Assembly (NCBI GenBank): GCA_035084275.1
Contig: CM068750.1
Location: 4,588,001 to 4,652,000 of the forward strand
Direction: 5' to 3'
Source of the DNA: Hydrolagus colliei
Lineage: Eukaryota
Length of the DNA: 64,000 nt
Made by a program: the position numbers and the translations under genes. The number at the start of each line of letters is the position of its first letter. The stretch's first letter is position 1. This document shows, one piece after another, positions 60,946-64,000 of the stretch. The notes beneath the pieces were generated by a model that ran no database searches, was not told the origin of the DNA, and was given only the letters and a program-made list of their open reading frames with translations.

Positions 60946-63613
60946 GTTGCTCAATTCAGATAGTTTCAATTTAAAATTGTCGCCTGCTATTTGGAAAATA
61001 TTCAATTACAACAACAATGGTAGTATATTGTATTAAGCATGCATTTGTGCACTCCAGTATTTATATTATGTCCAAAATGGATTTTAAAAGTATCCAGAAG
61101 ATACACTGTATGAGTTGTGCGCAGGCAATCAATACAAACCATATATTTTTGCTCTGTGTTCGACTTCTTGTCTGGCACTCAATCTATTAGTAGTGTAGAG
61201 GTTCCTTGTGTGGTTAGACAGACATTTTCAAGACATCCTTCCTTTCTATGCGTATAGGCCTATTACTTGTTTGTTCTATTCAGTTAATGTATTGCATTTA
61301 TTGGATATTTGTTTCAGAAGAGATCATCCTGATTTGATATTGTAGTCTCGAGAGCAGAAATGCAGCCTCTTCCCAGACATCAGTAGAGACTTCTTTCTGT
61401 AACTAAGACATGCCAGAGACTACGGGGAAAACCCCCCCCAATAAATAACACTGAATGTTCAGTTCAGTCTTTTTAGTTGAGTCAGCTCACCGTCAGAATT
61501 AAGTAGAGCAGGATCTGAACATGCTCACTGATGCTGATAGTAACCACAGTGAATGAAAGCACTAGTCTTTGCAATGTATTACTTTAACATGATATTATGG
61601 TGCTAACATCTCTCACAAGCCATCAATTGAACTATTTATATTCATCATAAGGTCTTTCTTTCTGGGTTTAATCTTTCAGAAATTTAGTCTCTATTTCCTT
61701 CGTTTAGAACTCGCATGCATGCATCTCCCTTTCTCTCTGTAATTCCACACCACTGAAGCTCTATTCTACCACTTCCCTGTTCTTGTGACTTTAGTTATGT
61801 CTTGTATGTCCAGACGCCTATGCATCTGTTTTGCAATCAGATCAGCATCTCACAGGCACATTGCTTACCAGGTTAAATATACCTGGTTCAGTAACCACAG
61901 AAGTTTTACATTATTACCCATATTCCCTTATCTGGCTATGTACCATTCCCTGGCTAAGGGAATGCTTTCAAATCTAGACTCTAAAAAAACCTATTTTGTA
62001 TATTTTTAAGCAATCTACATGTTGTGCCATTTTATTGCAATGTGGGTTTGTTGGCAGGAGAAGTGGTTAAGACCGGGTCACCATTTTGTTTTGGTCAAAT
62101 GGGTGTCTTGAAACATATGGTAACCTATCACCATGCTTACCAGTATTCAATCCAGACCGAGATCGACATATACACGCTGCCCATTCGACAACATTTCTGT
62201 GTCTGGAATGAAACGTATCCTCTCTGCAGAGTCATGCCTAATCCTTTAGGTGTTAGGTGCAAGTTTGATGCAAGCAAGGCTCGAGAGCCCCCAGTGTGGT
62301 TGGGATGGTAGCATAGCTTGCCTTTGAGAGCGTTGCCCGGCAAGCTTTCTGATCTTTACCCACCATGCCTGTTTGGATTACCCTACCCATCAGGGCTGGC
62401 TTGCAGGGTTAACAGGAGCCCAAGAATCCTAAGCTTTCGTGGAACAGTCTGCCCGCTTCGATTCCCGCTGATGGACCAGACTGCCTGGTCAACTCAATTA
62501 ATGAAACAAAGCAGGGCGCAGTCTGGTCCATGGTCATGTGTAACCGAAATAAATCATCTGTTGCAGTTTGATCACCAAAACACAGGCATGTTACTCACAA
62601 ATGCTGTGAGCAATCTCTCGAATTGCTCATCGTGTTTCTGAAGGTTCACAAATGTGAAACCGTTTTAGAACCTCCTGTCCAGTCCAAATTTTTATTTTAA
62701 TGTTGCAAAGTTCTTCTCATGTTCAGCAACCATTATATATTTATGTTCCAGAGGGATGATAAAGGGGGGATGTCCCAGAGAAAGTACTTTCTGTTCAAAC
62801 AACTCCCCCTAGTTATACAGAAAATAAATCTGTTAAAGTATAGTTTGATAAGGAATCGTGACTGTTCTGCCTAAGTCTCTCATCAGGCTGTGCTATTGAC
62901 ATTTGTTATGAGTAAAGGTACATGTTCTGAAGCAGCTTTTTTAAGCTTACTTAGGTCTAAAACCTACTGTCCCTGTTATGTCAAAACACTATGGTTTGAT
63001 GTTGCAACAATTAACCATCTGCTTTTATCATTACAACAACAACGTTATCATTACAGCCATTAAGAACACAGCTGATCAGCATTTATTCCAGTCCCAATGA
63101 CCAGATGCTTTGGGCCATTGACAACAGAAGGAATGTCCATGTGCGCATTGGAATAACCGAGGCCATGCCTGTTGGCACTGACTGGGAACATGTGCCTGGT
63201 AAGAGTGTTTGAAGTCAGTGTATGTCATTTTAACCATCATTAAACAGGCCGAAGAATTCAATTCCGCCTTTTGAGGCGTTGAGTGAGTGTCTAGAGATAC
63301 GTGATTTTAAAAAAAAGTTTTAATGGAATGATAGGGAAGAACAATAGAATGATTTACTTCTCATTAAGATACCCTTTTTTGTTCTAGTAAGGGTACATTC
63401 AAAACATTACAGTTTTGCAACCTATCTGTTGCACGTGGTAACCCATTAACCATTTATTTCCAGGTTTGCAGGCAAGTGAGTTAGCTGTGAGTACCAGAAC
63501 AGTCTGGGCATGTTGCTCCAATGGCACTGTAGCGCGTCGATACGGGATAACAGAAAAAAATCCTACAGGTGATTATTGGAAGAAGATCCCTGGTAATGTG
63601 ACATGTTTAACAG
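35476..63613 (+). CDS. TECPR2: Tectonin beta-propeller repeat-containing protein 2; 18 coding exons in window (about 1440 codons), 3' end beyond window
   Basis: N-terminal WD40 region ([24 protein letters not shown]), Ser/acidic linker, tectonin repeats ([17 protein letters not shown], etc.); all exon phases consistent. Confidence 0.95.
36262..36390 (+). CDS. TECPR2: TECPR2 coding exon 2
   Basis: [43 protein letters not shown]; 129 nt. Confidence 0.93.
36505..36845 (+). mobile_element. L2-clade LINE 3' fragment
   Basis: ccaccatcggaggccgaggttttagcc...gaagatcattttcttcgacc and tail stem-loop. Confidence 0.7.
37004..37135 (+). CDS. TECPR2: TECPR2 coding exon 3
   Basis: [36 protein letters not shown]; 132 nt. 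Confidence 0.93.
37643..37800 (+). CDS. TECPR2: TECPR2 coding exon 4
   Basis: [29 protein letters not shown]...VGTQPRK; 158 nt. Confidence 0.93.
38179..38497 (+). CDS. TECPR2: TECPR2 coding exon 5
   Basis: [33 protein letters not shown]...VVDSVNQ; 319 nt. Confidence 0.93.
38625..38757 (+). CDS. TECPR2: TECPR2 coding exon 6 (3' boundary ambiguous: GC donor after 38757, GT alternatives after 38742 or 38766)
   Basis: [40 protein letters not shown]. Confidence 0.85.
38795..39150 (+). mobile_element. Old SINE-like interspersed repeat (related pieces at about 1625-1810, 8165-8310, 21650-21900, 63745-64000)
   Basis: Shared blocks tcccaggt.tgatc, ctagggaaagg, cagctagggttcc.ctcctgat; family name not assigned. 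Confidence 0.5.
39550..40026 (+). CDS. TECPR2: TECPR2 coding exon 7
   Basis: [32 protein letters not shown]; 477 nt. Confidence 0.88.
40597..41663 (+). CDS. TECPR2: TECPR2 coding exon 8 (Ser/acidic linker)
   Basis: 1067-nt open frame; [13 protein letters not shown]...LKSDQ. Confidence 0.9.
41985..42200 (+). mobile_element. Old DeuSINE (SacSINE/LmeSINE-like) 5' portion
   Basis: tRNA-like head gtgggttcaaacccca; agtgcagtactg; tttggatgagaaggttaaa...gtctgcct. Confidence 0.6.
42858..43041 (+). CDS. TECPR2: TECPR2 coding exon 9
   Basis: [32 protein letters not shown]...QQVAVSPS; 184 nt. Confidence 0.93.
43441..43614 (+). CDS. TECPR2: TECPR2 coding exon 10
   Basis: [42 protein letters not shown]; 174 nt. 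Confidence 0.93.
44958..45263 (-). mobile_element. Full-length tRNA-derived DeuSINE-type SINE
   Basis: Collinear with 19127-19421 and 59612-59916. Confidence 0.8.
47335..47420 (+). mobile_element. Tail-only L2 retroposon copy (similar copies at about 2318, 4646, 39370, 56485, 63895)
   Basis: AGCGCCTTGGGACGTCCTCCCGACGTGAAAGGCGCT followed by (TTG)n. Confidence 0.7.
47455..47635 (+). CDS. TECPR2: TECPR2 coding exon 11
   Basis: [19 protein letters not shown]...[12 protein letters not shown]; 181 nt. Confidence 0.93.
49551..49692 (+). CDS. TECPR2: TECPR2 coding exon 12
   Basis: [47 protein letters not shown]; 142 nt. Confidence 0.93.
50453..50548 (-). mobile_element. DeuSINE-type SINE 3' fragment
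   Basis: Same tail family. Confidence 0.7.
52544..52784 (+). CDS. TECPR2: TECPR2 coding exon 13
   Basis: [26 protein letters not shown]...[11 protein letters not shown]; 241 nt. Confidence 0.93.
53442..53531 (+). CDS. TECPR2: TECPR2 coding exon 14
   Basis: [29 protein letters not shown]; 90 nt. Confidence 0.92.
55122..55355 (+). CDS. TECPR2: TECPR2 coding exon 15
   Basis: [18 protein letters not shown]...[15 protein letters not shown]; 234 nt. Confidence 0.93.
55685..55850 (-). mobile_element. DeuSINE-type SINE, 5'-truncated
   Basis: Tail plus Deu core. Confidence 0.75.
57288..57500 (+). mobile_element. L2-clade LINE 3' fragment
   Basis: [15 protein letters not shown]... ORF2 end, C-rich UTR and tail. 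Confidence 0.7.
59281..59429 (+). CDS. TECPR2: TECPR2 coding exon 16
   Basis: [49 protein letters not shown]; 149 nt. Confidence 0.93.
59612..59916 (-). mobile_element. Full-length tRNA-derived DeuSINE-type SINE
   Basis: Head, core and tail complete; followed by an inverted head at 59927-59983. Confidence 0.8.
60709..60914. mobile_element. Tigger/pogo-type MITE (206 bp)
   Basis: 27-bp TIRs with one mismatch: CAGTAAAAGCCCGTTTATCCGGCACCC / GGGTGCCAGATAAACGGGCTTTTACTG; embedded in (TG)n(TA)n. Confidence 0.85.
63057..63198 (+). CDS. TECPR2: TECPR2 coding exon 17
   Basis: [47 protein letters not shown]; 142 nt. Confidence 0.93.
63464..63613 (+). CDS. TECPR2: TECPR2 coding exon 18
   Basis: [49 protein letters not shown]; 150 nt; donor CAG|GTGAGT. 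Confidence 0.93.
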
Positions 63614-64000
63614 GTGAGTACCAGGTGCAAAAAAGGGTTACAAATGCATGCATATTAACCTCATTTCCAGTTGAAGTTTACACAGAAATTCAATTGATGA
63701 AAATAAAGAAAGTATTATTTGACGACCATGAGAAATTAGGGCTGCCCTGATGGATATATAACTTACAGACCAGGAGCTCACGAATTGGAATCTTGCTCCA
63801 TGCTAGATTGCCTGGGTATAATCGGCAGAGAGATTATATTGGCCCCAATCTTTCCCAAGTTAGGGAGGATATTATATTAACAACAAGTTGCACAAGAAAA
63901 TTACATTTGTAGAGTACCTTTCACATCGGGAGGACGTCCCAAGGCACTGATTAATTGTGTTTTCTGCTCCTAGTCCCTTTTCCGCACCACGCCTCCTGAT

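Overview
Vertebrate genomic DNA, most likely a cartilaginous fish (chimaera/elephant-shark-like; inferred from the DeuSINE/L2/CR1 repeat content and protein divergence). Gene order left to right: a complete 7-exon PKDCC/VLK-family secreted tyrosine kinase (minus strand, about 488 aa), an intact tRNA-Lys(CTT), an 8-exon ZNF839 (plus, about 1265 aa, with long acidic extensions), a 5-exon CINP (minus, about 215 aa), and TECPR2 (plus, head-to-head with CINP; 18 coding exons in the window, last exon beyond it). ZNF839-CINP-TECPR2 matches the known human 14q32 order, so the kinase is probably a PKDCC ohnolog with no counterpart at this position in mammals. Introns carry tRNA-derived DeuSINE-type SINEs, L2 and CR1 3' fragments, an internally deleted Tigger/pogo transposon and MITEs. 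I found no convincing new multi-gene system. Best leads: the PKDCC paralogue, the tRNA at the ZNF839 promoter, an unannotated xxDG repeat motif in ZNF839, a probable GC donor in TECPR2, and a covarying retroposon 3' stem-loop. Exon boundaries were derived by hand from GT-AG signals and frame continuity; comparisons to human proteins and loci are from memory.
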